Positions 1-9,671 of a stretch of 64,000 nt of DNA are shown piece after piece. The notes beneath the pieces are model-generated. The model was given only the letters and a program-made list of their open reading frames with translations. It was not told the origin of the DNA and did no database searches. The DNA comes from Candidatus Woesebacteria bacterium GW2011_GWA1_39_21 (GTDB lineage: Bacteria; Patescibacteriota; Microgenomatia; UBA8517). The position numbers were made by a program, and so were the translations under genes. The stretch spans positions 5,356-69,355 of the forward strand of contig LBWP01000006.1 of assembly GCA_000993685.1 (NCBI GenBank), given 5' to 3'. Each line of letters starts with the position of its first letter. Within the stretch, counting starts at the first letter, position 1.

Positions 1-1605
1 TTTGAAAAATATGACTTGTGGTTTGAAAGTTTAACCCCTCCTTTTTCATTTTCATTGCTTCCGATTTTGACGAAAAAACCGGTTGTGGCAATCGTGCACA
101 TGCTTTCAGGAAAAGATATGAGAAGAAAGTATCATCTACCCTTCGATGTGGTTCAAAATTTTGGTTTGAAGCTTTACAGGCATTTTATAGTTTTATCAAA
201 GAAATCAAGAGCTGACATATTGAAGGTTAATAAAACTGCCGATATTCGAGTTATTCCAAACGGTGTTGATATCCCCAAGAAAGTAGATATGAAAAAAGAA
301 AACACAATCATTTTTATCGGGAGAATTGAAATTAATCAAAAAGGGCTTGACCTTTTACTGCATGCGTGGAAAAAGGCAGAATTAAAAATAGATGCAAAAC
401 TGGTAATTGCGGGTTCAGGACAAAATGGCGAAGTTGAAAAACTTAAAAAGTTGATCAATGATTTGAAGCTAAATAAAAGTGTTAAATATGTTGGGAGGGT
501 AGAAAATAGAAGTAAGGACGCTCTCTTTAGAAAATCACTTTTTGTCGTTTCTCCCTCAAGATTTGAAACATTTGGGGTAACCGCATTAGAGGCGATGTCC
601 TATTCGCTTCCGTTTTTGTGTTTTGATATTGATGGGTACAAATGGATCCCAAAATCAAATTGTTTGAAGGTTAAGAAGTTTGACATTAAAAGTTTTTCTG
701 ACAGCATCATTAGACTTATAAGTAATGTAAATTACAGGAAAAGCCTTTCTAGTAAATCTAAAAAATTTGTTAAACAATATAAATGGTCAAACATTGTTCA
801 AAGATATCAAGATTATATCAACGGACTATTTAATAAGAATATTTATGACTCAAATAAAATTATCGATACAATTATTAAGAACAAGCGAAGATGTGTTTTT
901 GTCTCTCCACATTTTGATGATGCCGCTTTATCCGCTGGAGGATTTTTGACGAAGATCTCCGAAAATAAAAAGGTTGTTGTGATTAATGTTTTTACAAAGG
1001 GTAATTCTGGACCATACACACTTAGTGCAAGTAAATTTTTGCAACTTTCTGATGTGTACGATGCAAACTATTTGTATGAAAAGAGAGCGATTGAGGATCA
1101 GAAAGCTTTGAAGAAGAAGAATATTCAAATTATTAATCTAGGATTTGTTGACGCAACGTTCAGGACAATTAACACGAATATTTTTCGAAAAACAGTTGGT
1201 AAGATTATTCCTGAGATGAATTATGTTTACCCGATTTATCGATTAAATGTTTTACATGGAAAAATATCTATCAACGATAAGGTGCTGTTGGAAAATCTAG
1301 CAGTTCGGCTGTCCAAAATCATCAAAAATGATGACATTGTCTTTGCACCACTTGGGATTGGAGGACATGTTGACCACAGGATTGTTAACCAGATTGTAAG
1401 AAAACTCAAAAATACGAAAGTTTTTTGGCGAGATTTTCCCTACAGTTCTTATGTCTCAGAAGAAATTATTGGCAACAAAAGAGTTCTGATATATAACGGG
1501 GAGCAAAAAAGTAGAGAATTAATGATAAGAAAATATGTTACCCAAGTAAATAGTATGTTTCCAAGTGGTGAGATAGAGCTCACACCTGAAGTTTATTGTT
1601 TTTAA
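1..1605 (+). CDS. GT4 glycosyltransferase fused to a C-terminal PIG-L/LmbE-family deacetylase (5' end outside window)
   Basis: Frame is open from position 1. GT4 motifs IGRI..QKG and PSRFETFGVTALEAM; C-terminal VSPHFDD and GGHVDH metal-binding motifs of PIG-L deacetylases. Confidence 0.85.
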   Translation, partial: FEKYDLWFESLTPPFSFSLLPILTKKPVVAIVHMLSGKDMRRKYHLPFDVVQNFGLKLYRHFIVLSKKSRADILKVNKTADIRVIPNGVDIPKKVDMKKENTIIFIGRIEINQKGLDLLLHAWKKAELKIDAKLVIAGSGQNGEVEKLKKLINDLKLNKSVKYVGRVENRSKDALFRKSLFVVSPSRFETFGVTALEAMSYSLPFLCFDIDGYKWIPKSNCLKVKKFDIKSFSDSIIRLISNVNYRKSLSSKSKKFVKQYKWSNIVQRYQDYINGLFNKNIYDSNKIIDTIIKNKRRCVFVSPHFDDAALSAGGFLTKISENKKVVVINVFTKGNSGPYTLSASKFLQLSDVYDANYLYEKRAIEDQKALKKKNIQIINLGFVDATFRTINTNIFRKTVGKIIPEMNYVYPIYRLNVLHGKISINDKVLLENLAVRLSKIIKNDDIVFAPLGIGGHVDHRIVNQIVRKLKNTKVFWRDFPYSSYVSEEIIGNKRVLIYNGEQKSRELMIRKYVTQVNSMFPSGEIELTPEVYCF

Positions 1606-1614
1606 GATTGAAAT

Positions 1615-2193
1615 ATGAAATACAAGGAATTTGTCGGTAAATTTGTTTCATCCCTAAACCTAGTTAAGAGGGATTTGGTTTTATTATTTACAGGTCCAAT
1701 TGAGTATATATATACATTTACGATCTCTAACTCTGTAAAGGTTAAAATTGAACCCCATAACAATTCCACCGAAAAAGTTGGGTTTTATATCATAAACAAA
1801 TTAAAGAGTCTTAAGACAAAAATTTATTTGAAACAAATTGGTTCGACAGTTTTAAAAATTCCAGGTAATAACGACGTAGATTTTATTGCTTATCCTTATG
1901 ATGGTAACTTACACAACATTATTCCCAACATTACTAAGATTTTTGGATCACCTAAAAAAGTTAAAAAAGAATTTGTTCAGTGGGAATTCAAAATCAAAGA
2001 AGTTGAGTGTGCGTTACTTTTAGCTAAGAGAGGATGTAGATTATATAAACGAATCTCGGAAGATCAAATGCTACTACAAAGTAACCAGAATAACGTTCAT
2101 AAATATGTGAAGATGAAATTGGCCTCAGACGGTGTTTCGTTGAGGGAATATGAGAGAAGAAAAATATATTTTTTTTATCAACTTAGAAAGTAG
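1615..2193 (+). CDS. GrpB-like nucleotidyltransferase-fold protein
   Basis: IGST-x4-PG-x2-DVD motif and C-terminal Y..MK....Y.RRK..F pattern typical of GrpB/UPF0157. Confidence 0.6.
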   Translation: MKYKEFVGKFVSSLNLVKRDLVLLFTGPIEYIYTFTISNSVKVKIEPHNNSTEKVGFYIINKLKSLKTKIYLKQIGSTVLKIPGNNDVDFIAYPYDGNLHNIIPNITKIFGSPKKVKKEFVQWEFKIKEVECALLLAKRGCRLYKRISEDQMLLQSNQNNVHKYVKMKLASDGVSLREYERRKIYFFYQLRK

Positions 2194-2198
2194 TTTAT

Positions 2199-3662
2199 AT
2201 GTCAAATCGATCCAACATCATAAAAATCAATGTATTGTTAATGGTGACATTTATAATTACGACTGTAGTATTGGGCATAATTGTAAAGGGCGTGGCGGGA
2301 AACCTGTCTGCAAACGATGTTTACAATCTTCAAGCGAGGACACAGCCTTTTGAGTTATCTCCGGAACGGGGTCGTTTTGCGATAGTACAATCGCTTTTCG
2401 AATATCGGCGATTAGATTTTCCAAAAGAAGTTGCTAGGTATGTGATTCCTGACCTGGCCTACCGGGACGGTAAATTTGTTACACTGTTTCCACCAGGTGT
2501 GTCTTTTATTTCCTCACCACTTTACTATCTTGGAAAACAGTTTAATTACTCACAGTATTTTTCTTTTCTTACCGTTTCGATATTTGCCATCATCAACGTA
2601 TTTTTAATTTTCAAAATTGTGGCTTTGTTAACCTCTAACAAATATGCTGGGATTCTGGCAGGTTTAATATTTTTATTTTCAACAACAGCTCTTCCTTATG
2701 CTATAACACTGTACCAGCACCATTTTACAACGTTTTTTATTTTGTTGTCTTTGTTTTTATTTCTGAAAAAAAAATCGATAACCAGTTTGCTACTTAGCTA
2801 TTTTAAATTTATAGATATAAAGGTTGGAAAGAAGATAATTGTAAAGCTCAGTTACTCAATCTTTGTTGCTTTTTTGGCGTTTGTTGTGGGGATAATTCCA
2901 AATCTTGCCTTTAGTAAATATGTTTATGGAAATATGTTTCAGCTTGCAGGTACAGTTCGGGGTGTCAAAAATGTGCAGGTTCTTGAACCCGACATTGAAG
3001 CGGCACGCTCAAACAGCGAGCAGGCTGTAGATTCGAATAAATCCTTATCAAATTTTTTTCAAATGTCCAATGTTGCTAACGGATTTCAGGTCTTGATTGC
3101 TTCATCGGAGAGGGGATTTGTTTTTTATGCACCGGTTATGTTGTTGTCAATTTTCGTAATTTTTGTTTTTTCTAAATCAAGTGATGATAACAAAAAGACG
3201 ATTCGATTAGTATTTGTTGTTCAGTTATTAATTTTAATTTTGTACTTAATGTGGGGTGACCCATGGGGCGGTTGGGCATTTGGACCAAGGTACCTTATTC
3301 CCCTTTTTTCCTGTAACTCGATTCTATTAGGGGTTGTTTTGAATAAATATGGGAAAAACCTATTAATGTTGGCTCTATTTTCTGTTTTATTCATTTACGG
3401 CCTAGCTGTTAATACCGCCGGGGCATTGACAACAAACGCCCTGGCCCCTTCAAAGGAGGTCGAATCAGCATCACTTCCAAAAGTTCAGTACATGTTTAAT
3501 TTTCAGATGATAAGTGACAACCATTCATCTTCCTTTGTTTACAACAACCTATTAAATCAATATTTTGATTTGAAGACATTCTTTTTTCTTATCATTTCCG
3601 TTGTTAGCGTTTTGTATCTAATTAACTTGATTTTATTGTATAGGAGTGAATATGAAAATTAG
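2199..3662 (+). CDS. Multi-pass membrane protein, GT-C-fold glycosyltransferase-like
   Basis: Many hydrophobic segments; PPG motif after first loop; WGGWAFGPRYL motif near C-terminus. Confidence 0.65.
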   Translation: MSNRSNIIKINVLLMVTFIITTVVLGIIVKGVAGNLSANDVYNLQARTQPFELSPERGRFAIVQSLFEYRRLDFPKEVARYVIPDLAYRDGKFVTLFPPGVSFISSPLYYLGKQFNYSQYFSFLTVSIFAIINVFLIFKIVALLTSNKYAGILAGLIFLFSTTALPYAITLYQHHFTTFFILLSLFLFLKKKSITSLLLSYFKFIDIKVGKKIIVKLSYSIFVAFLAFVVGIIPNLAFSKYVYGNMFQLAGTVRGVKNVQVLEPDIEAARSNSEQAVDSNKSLSNFFQMSNVANGFQVLIASSERGFVFYAPVMLLSIFVIFVFSKSSDDNKKTIRLVFVVQLLILILYLMWGDPWGGWAFGPRYLIPLFSCNSILLGVVLNKYGKNLLMLALFSVLFIYGLAVNTAGALTTNALAPSKEVESASLPKVQYMFNFQMISDNHSSSFVYNNLLNQYFDLKTFFFLIISVVSVLYLINLILLYRSEYEN

Positions 3663-6357
3663 TTTTAAAAAGGAAGGTCTAAACATCGAACTGCCAAACT
3701 TTGCAAAAGTGGCTCCACAACTTGAAAAAAGTGCCGGAATTATTCTAATTGGCACACTAATTCTTTTGAGTCTTTTGGCTTTCGCCTATTTCTATTCAAA
3801 GGATTTAATTCTTTCATACAACGATTCTCGGGCTCACATGGATATGGCGCGACTAATTATCGACAACTTAAAACCTGGGTTTGCTCAACTTGGTGGAGTT
3901 TGGCTTCCGCTGCCACACCTTCTTATGCTTCCACTAGTTTGGAATGACTGGATGTGGCAAACAGGCCTTGCCGGGTCGGTATTTTCGATGTTTTTTTATG
4001 TCGTGTCCGGTATATATGTATCCAAATTATTGGCATTTGTTGTTAAGGATAAATTTTCTGTTGTTATTTGTACACTACTTTTTGCTTTAAATGTGAATTT
4101 GCTATATATGCAGTCGACACCGATGACGGAACTTACTTTACTTTCATTCTCTATTGCCGCTACTTATTATTTGTTGCGTTGGGTTCAAAGTGACAAACTC
4201 ACAGATTTCCTACTTCTTAGTCTGGCAGTTCTTTTGGCGACGTTAGTCAGATATGACGGATGGATGTTGTTTTTATTGACTGCTTTGAGTATCTTTATCA
4301 TTCGTCTACGAAAGGTATTAATTTCTTTAAAGGAAAAGCCTTTTTTTGTAAAAGTTAGAATTGCGTTAACTAACAGTAGTTTATGGGGTATTTTGTTAAT
4401 GTATGGACTTTTGGCTGGTTTGGGAATTGCTCTATGGGTTTTATGGAACTGGGCGATTTTTAAAGATCCTCTGTTTTTTTTAACTGGACCGTATTCTGCG
4501 AAAGCTCAACAAGCGGTGATTAGTGGGGCGGGAAAACTTTTTACAGAAGGAAACATTTTACTTTCCGTCTCCGCTTACTGGTGGGCAATGGCCGATAATG
4601 TAGGTTTGTTTGTTTTTTTATCCGCACTGATAGGTTTTTTAATTGCAATTAAAGAGGATAAATTTAACGATACATTTGTTGTACTACTGACACTTCTTGC
4701 ACCGATTTTCTTCCACATATCATCTCTTTATGGTGGTAATTCAGTGCTTGTACTTCCTGAATTGAAAATTAATGTTACAGAAGGACTTAAAGGAACATTA
4801 TTTAATGCGCGATACGGTTTAATGATTTTGCCAGCTGTTTCAGTATTTACCGCGTATTTAATCAAAAAGGGAAATTTTATTAGGTGGCTGGTTTTAGTTC
4901 TTATTCTCTTTAGCTATCTGATGATGGCAAAGGAGGCGTATGTGATTGACTTGATCGATGGGCAAATGGGGTCAAGTTCGCTAAGGGTTGGTGATGTAAG
5001 CACCTGGCTAAAAGAAAATGCACCCGGCAAAGGTCTGATACTTACCGCACTTTCATACAATAACGCACTTGCATTTAGTACGGGTTTTGATTTAAAAAGA
5101 TTTATTCACGAGGGCACAGGAAAATACTGGCAATCTGCTTTGGAAAATCCACAGGAGTATTCGCAGTGGATTGTTATGGCCAATGGTGACGTCGGAGATC
5201 CTGTTTACAACGCTTTAATAAAAAACAACCATTCAAACTTTCTAAAATATTACGATCTTTCGCAAAAATTTGATTTTTTGAATGTATATAAAAGAAAAGA
5301 AGTCCCGAAAAACTTTGTCTACATCCATGACGAACAGTTTAAGGTTGACGATGCAAACCTTAGATTTATTGGGGTAAATTCTTACGATTTGATTTACCGT
5401 TCAACAGGTGAGATAGCCTCCACACTTTCATCTGCAAAAGCCAGTGGATTTGAAGTTGTTCGTCTCTGGGTTTTTGGCGAAGGTGACTTTAATGTGCTGC
5501 AACCAAAGCCGGGAGAATACAATGAAGCCTTGCTTGATAATCTGGATTATATCTTAGCAACGGCGGGAAAACTTAACATGAATGTTATCTTAACACTATC
5601 AAATTACTGGGAAGCTTACGGTGGTGTAAGGCAATATTTGAAATGGGTTGATTTACCTAATGACAAACCATCGGATTTGGATAGATTTTTTACCGACAGT
5701 CGTGTCAGAACGATTTACAAAAATTATGTCAATGCAATTGTACTTAGGAAAAATACTTTGACGGAGATTAACTATAGAGACGACCCAACCATTATGACGT
5801 GGGAACTTATGAATGAACCAAGAAGTTCATCGTTATCTACAGCGAACGTTGTCAACGATTGGTTTTCCGAAATGACAAGCCATATCAAATCTTTGGATAA
5901 ATATCACATCGTAACGACCGGGATAGAAGGACATTTTGACAACTTGTCCATAAATCCATACACAACGGGTCCGACAATAAATGATGTAAGTAATAATGTA
6001 AGTATTGATGTGTTGTCAGGGCATTTGTATTTGGACTATTTTGATCCATCAGTTAGTGCAAATAACTTCTCGATTGTTAACCTTTGGACAGCATTTGCAA
6101 AAAATGCAGGTATGCCGTTCTTTATTGAGGAAGTTGGTTTTTCAAAAAAACCTGATGATAATGGTGGAATTGATCGATATACTCTTTATGAAAACTTATT
6201 GGAGTCAGCAAGAAAAAACAATCTTCAGGGTTTAATTCTTTGGAATTGGGCTTTAAAGACTGATGACAGTTTTGGAATTTCGCCGCTTGATCCTGGTGAT
6301 GCGGAACTGATTCAGCTTTTCAAATCCTATTCTGAAAGGCTGAAAAACGATGTATAA
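3652..6357 (+). CDS. GT-C-like (PMT/GT39-like) membrane protein fused to a GH5 endo-beta-mannanase-like domain
   Basis: AGGAG RBS before ATG 3652. N-terminal multi-TM region (YND, WLPLPH, TPMTE, RYDGW, RYG). C-terminal GH5 motifs GVNSY, RLWVF, NYWEAYGG, DDPTIMTWELMNEPR, HLY, IEEVG, WNW. Confidence 0.8.
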   Translation: MKISFKKEGLNIELPNFAKVAPQLEKSAGIILIGTLILLSLLAFAYFYSKDLILSYNDSRAHMDMARLIIDNLKPGFAQLGGVWLPLPHLLMLPLVWNDWMWQTGLAGSVFSMFFYVVSGIYVSKLLAFVVKDKFSVVICTLLFALNVNLLYMQSTPMTELTLLSFSIAATYYLLRWVQSDKLTDFLLLSLAVLLATLVRYDGWMLFLLTALSIFIIRLRKVLISLKEKPFFVKVRIALTNSSLWGILLMYGLLAGLGIALWVLWNWAIFKDPLFFLTGPYSAKAQQAVISGAGKLFTEGNILLSVSAYWWAMADNVGLFVFLSALIGFLIAIKEDKFNDTFVVLLTLLAPIFFHISSLYGGNSVLVLPELKINVTEGLKGTLFNARYGLMILPAVSVFTAYLIKKGNFIRWLVLVLILFSYLMMAKEAYVIDLIDGQMGSSSLRVGDVSTWLKENAPGKGLILTALSYNNALAFSTGFDLKRFIHEGTGKYWQSALENPQEYSQWIVMANGDVGDPVYNALIKNNHSNFLKYYDLSQKFDFLNVYKRKEVPKNFVYIHDEQFKVDDANLRFIGVNSYDLIYRSTGEIASTLSSAKASGFEVVRLWVFGEGDFNVLQPKPGEYNEALLDNLDYILATAGKLNMNVILTLSNYWEAYGGVRQYLKWVDLPNDKPSDLDRFFTDSRVRTIYKNYVNAIVLRKNTLTEINYRDDPTIMTWELMNEPRSSSLSTANVVNDWFSEMTSHIKSLDKYHIVTTGIEGHFDNLSINPYTTGPTINDVSNNVSIDVLSGHLYLDYFDPSVSANNFSIVNLWTAFAKNAGMPFFIEEVGFSKKPDDNGGIDRYTLYENLLESARKNNLQGLILWNWALKTDDSFGISPLDPGDAELIQLFKSYSERLKNDV

Positions 6358-6368
6358 TATTTATCCAA

Positions 6369-7205
6369 ATGAAAGTTTCTCTCGTTGTCACGGTTCTTAA
6401 TGAGGAACCTTCTATTGCAGCACTTCTCGAATCGCTTATTTCCCAAACAAGGCAACCGGATGAGATCGTCATTGTCGACGGAGGGTCAAACGACAAAACA
6501 GTTAATATTATTAAAAGTTATCAGAAAGTCATTAAAGGCCTGAAACTTTTGGAGTTCAAAACGACACGATCTGAGGCGAGAAATATCGGAATCCGCTCTT
6601 CAAGCGGTGATGTAATTGTCACGACCGACGCCGGATGTGTTGCGGAAAAACACTGGATTAAAAAAATCACCCAGCCTTTTACTGATTCGAAAATTGCAGC
6701 CAGATCTTTGGCTTTCCGCAAAATTTTGTGGGAAAAAGTTGGTGGGTTTCCAGAGGGGCTAAAAGACACAGCTGAAGATACGATGTTTAATTACAATATC
6801 ATAAAGGCAGGTGCAAAAATTGCCCGTGTAAAAGATGCCATTGTTTATTGGCAACTCCCTCTAACTTTGATCGAAGGCTTTAAAAAAATATTTTTGTATG
6901 CAAAGGGCGATGCACGCTCGGGAATTTGGTGGCATCCGACGAAAAAATTTTCGACGCATAACATCAAAATTGCCTTTATTTACCTGCGTTACATTTTCGC
7001 CCTCTACTTTATTTTATTTATTCCCCTTTTCCCCGTTTTGAAACTGCCTTTCGTTTTGGGAGTGGTCTTTTACATGTTCTGGGCGTTTAAAAAAGTTTAC
7101 ACGCGGACAAATGACTGTTTAGCAGGTCTGTCTGGAGTTGTTGTCCAGTTTGCTTCCGATATCGCCGTAATGTGTGGCTTTTTGTCAGGATTGATTACTA
7201 TATAG
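6369..7205 (+). CDS. GT2 glycosyltransferase with C-terminal TM helices (possible internal deletion)
   Basis: VVTVLNEE, VDGGSND, TDA (DxD-like), GGF and AED motifs. Confidence 0.85.
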   Translation: MKVSLVVTVLNEEPSIAALLESLISQTRQPDEIVIVDGGSNDKTVNIIKSYQKVIKGLKLLEFKTTRSEARNIGIRSSSGDVIVTTDAGCVAEKHWIKKITQPFTDSKIAARSLAFRKILWEKVGGFPEGLKDTAEDTMFNYNIIKAGAKIARVKDAIVYWQLPLTLIEGFKKIFLYAKGDARSGIWWHPTKKFSTHNIKIAFIYLRYIFALYFILFIPLFPVLKLPFVLGVVFYMFWAFKKVYTRTNDCLAGLSGVVVQFASDIAVMCGFLSGLITI

Positions 7206-7920
7206 ATCTTTTGAATCTTTGGTAAACTCCAAACAAGTACCAGTAAATATATTTAGGTAGCCATTTCATTAGCTTAAATTTCGATTTACCGTATTTTCTG
7301 TCGACCCAAAATGTTGGGACCTCTGTGACTTTAAATCCGGCAAAATATCCTTTGATCAAAAGCTCCTCCGCAAATTCAAAACCACCCCTCGATTCGATTT
7401 TAATACTTTTCAAAATTTCTTTTTTAAACATTTTATAAGAATAGGTCAGATCCGATGTAGGAATTCCAAGAAGATATGGTGTTGTTATTCCTGATAGCCG
7501 TGAAAGGACAGATTTAAGTGTGACTTTGGAAACAATTCGTCCGCCCTTGGAATATCTGGTTGGGCAAACGATATCGTAACCTTGTTCAATTTTTTCATAC
7601 ATCGAGTTTAAAGTTTTAGGGTCGTCTGTTCGGTCGGCAGCCATCATTACTAAAATTTCTCCGCGAGCGGTGTTGAAACCTTTCAGGGTTGCGTTGACTA
7701 CACCTTTTCCAAAATCGTTACGAACCAAACGGATGTTTCTGTGCCTTGAAACTAGTTTGCGTGCAACCGGTAAGGTGTTGTCCTTTTCATCATCATAGAC
7801 AATAATTAATTCAAATTTTGGCCGAACGACCTTACGGATTTTATCAACTGTCCAAGCAAGATTTTTCCTTTCATTTTTGACTGGTAGGATAATACTAATT
7901 TCTGGTTTTTGTTGATACAT
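7198..7920 (-). CDS. DPM1-like GT2 (polyprenol-phosphate sugar synthase)
   Basis: ILPVKNE, MAAD, TRY..GG, SDLT.SYKMF, EVP..W.DR..G.SK motifs. Confidence 0.85.
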   Translation of the reverse strand: MYQQKPEISIILPVKNERKNLAWTVDKIRKVVRPKFELIIVYDDEKDNTLPVARKLVSRHRNIRLVRNDFGKGVVNATLKGFNTARGEILVMMAADRTDDPKTLNSMYEKIEQGYDIVCPTRYSKGGRIVSKVTLKSVLSRLSGITTPYLLGIPTSDLTYSYKMFKKEILKSIKIESRGGFEFAEELLIKGYFAGFKVTEVPTFWVDRKYGKSKFKLMKWLPKYIYWYLFGVYQRFKRSI

Positions 7921-8012
7921 GGATACCTGTTAGTCTAACGCAAGTATTTGTGAAAAAAAAGAATACCATTTTTGTTTTGATGAAATAATCAAATTGTGTT
8001 ATACAAATAAAG

Positions 8013-8660
8013 ATGAAAAGTTTTTTGGAAGTACGCTTTGATGAAAGTGATTTTAAAAAACGGGAACTGATTTGGAGAGAATTAATTAAAGTCTGTTTTC
8101 AAAGATATGTCAAAAAGACTGACACTGTTTTGGATGTCGGCGCTGGTTTTTGTGAATTTATCAACAACGTTATATGTAGGAATAAAATTGCCATCGATTC
8201 TTCGAATTTAATAAAAAAGTATGCAGACTCTGATGTTATAAAAATTGTTAAGCCGTTTTCAAAGATTCCTAAAAAGTATTTTGGAAGGTTTGATGTAATT
8301 TTCATGAGCAACTTTCTCGAACACTTGGAAAAAAAACCGGATGTTGTGAAAACTATGCAATTGTCTAGGAAGTTGCTTAAGAGGCGGGGTACGTTGATTA
8401 TTGTCCAACCGAATATCGACTTGATTAAAGAAAAATATTGGGATCGGATTGACCACCATATCGCCCTAAATGGCAGAAGTGTTATTGAAGCCTTGAATAT
8501 TTCAGGATTTCAATTGAAGATTTTTGAAAAACGTTTTACACCAGCTACGATGCAATCTCATTTGCCAATTTCAGATTTTTTGATTAGGATGTACTTATCT
8601 TTGCCTTCTTTTGCACGGCCATTCGCTGGACAAAGCCTGTTTATTGCTAGTAAAAGATGA
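8013..8660 (+). CDS. Class I SAM-dependent methyltransferase
   Basis: VLDVGAG motif I; FDVIFMSNFLEHL. Confidence 0.85.
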   Translation: MKSFLEVRFDESDFKKRELIWRELIKVCFQRYVKKTDTVLDVGAGFCEFINNVICRNKIAIDSSNLIKKYADSDVIKIVKPFSKIPKKYFGRFDVIFMSNFLEHLEKKPDVVKTMQLSRKLLKRRGTLIIVQPNIDLIKEKYWDRIDHHIALNGRSVIEALNISGFQLKIFEKRFTPATMQSHLPISDFLIRMYLSLPSFARPFAGQSLFIASKR

Positions 8661-8700
8661 AGAAAATGCTATATAATAATCTGCTTTCTGCCCTTTAATA

Positions 8701-9666
8701 ATGAAAAGGAGTGAGAAAATATTAATAACTGGTGCAGGTGGTTTTATTGGTCACCACCTGGCACGGTATTTGAAAATGAGGGGCTATTTTGTGCGTGGTG
8801 TAGATATCGAGTATCCTCAATTTTCAACACTAGACGATTTTAGCCAGTTTAAGCTTTTAGACATTCGAAGTTTCAGGAATTGCATGGAGGCTATGCAAGA
8901 TATAGATAAAGTTTATGCATTGGCCGCACTTAACGGCAGTATCGAATATACGACAAAAGAAAAGGCGGTTTTGGTACGAGACAACACGACAATAAATCTG
9001 AATACTGCCGAAGCGGCTGTTCGTTCTCACGTAAAGCGTTTATTTTATTCATCATCCGCTTGCGTGTATCCTGTTTGGAAACAGATGGAAGGAAACATTC
9101 AACCGCTGCGTGAAGAAGATTCATATCCAGCTCTGCCAGATAGCGAATACGGATGGGAGAAATTATATTCGGAGCGGATGTATAAATCTTACGAAACTGA
9201 TTTTGGTTTAGACGTTCGCATTGCAAGATTTTTCAATATTTACGGCCCTGAGTCTTTAATTGATACCTTAAAATCGAAGGCGCCAATGGCATTAACAAAA
9301 AAAGTCATTGAGGCAGGTAATGGTGGAACAGTCCAGATTTGGGGTGACGGACAGCAAGTCAGATCGTTTTGCCACGTTGATGATTGCTGCGAGGGGATTT
9401 ATTTGTTGATGAAATCTAATATTAATGAACCGGTAAATCTTGGTACATCTGATCACGTCAGCATTAACGAACTTGTCGATATGATAACAAAGATTGAGGG
9501 AATTAAAATCAAGAAGGAATACCAAATGGATAAAATTCAAGGCGTTCGGGCGAGACTTTGTGATTTTACGAAGGCGGAAAAACTTTTACGTTGGACACGC
9601 AAGGTAACTTTAGAAAAAGGTTTGAAAGAGATTAATATCTTTGTTCACAAACAGCTCGGGAAATAA
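8701..9666 (+). CDS. NAD-dependent epimerase, GDP-mannose 3,5-epimerase-like
   Basis: ITGAGGFIG, SSACVYP, YGWEK, IWGDG.Q.RSF motifs. Confidence 0.85.
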   Translation: MKRSEKILITGAGGFIGHHLARYLKMRGYFVRGVDIEYPQFSTLDDFSQFKLLDIRSFRNCMEAMQDIDKVYALAALNGSIEYTTKEKAVLVRDNTTINLNTAEAAVRSHVKRLFYSSSACVYPVWKQMEGNIQPLREEDSYPALPDSEYGWEKLYSERMYKSYETDFGLDVRIARFFNIYGPESLIDTLKSKAPMALTKKVIEAGNGGTVQIWGDGQQVRSFCHVDDCCEGIYLLMKSNINEPVNLGTSDHVSINELVDMITKIEGIKIKKEYQMDKIQGVRARLCDFTKAEKLLRWTRKVTLEKGLKEINIFVHKQLGK

Positions 9667-9671
9667 GGTGA

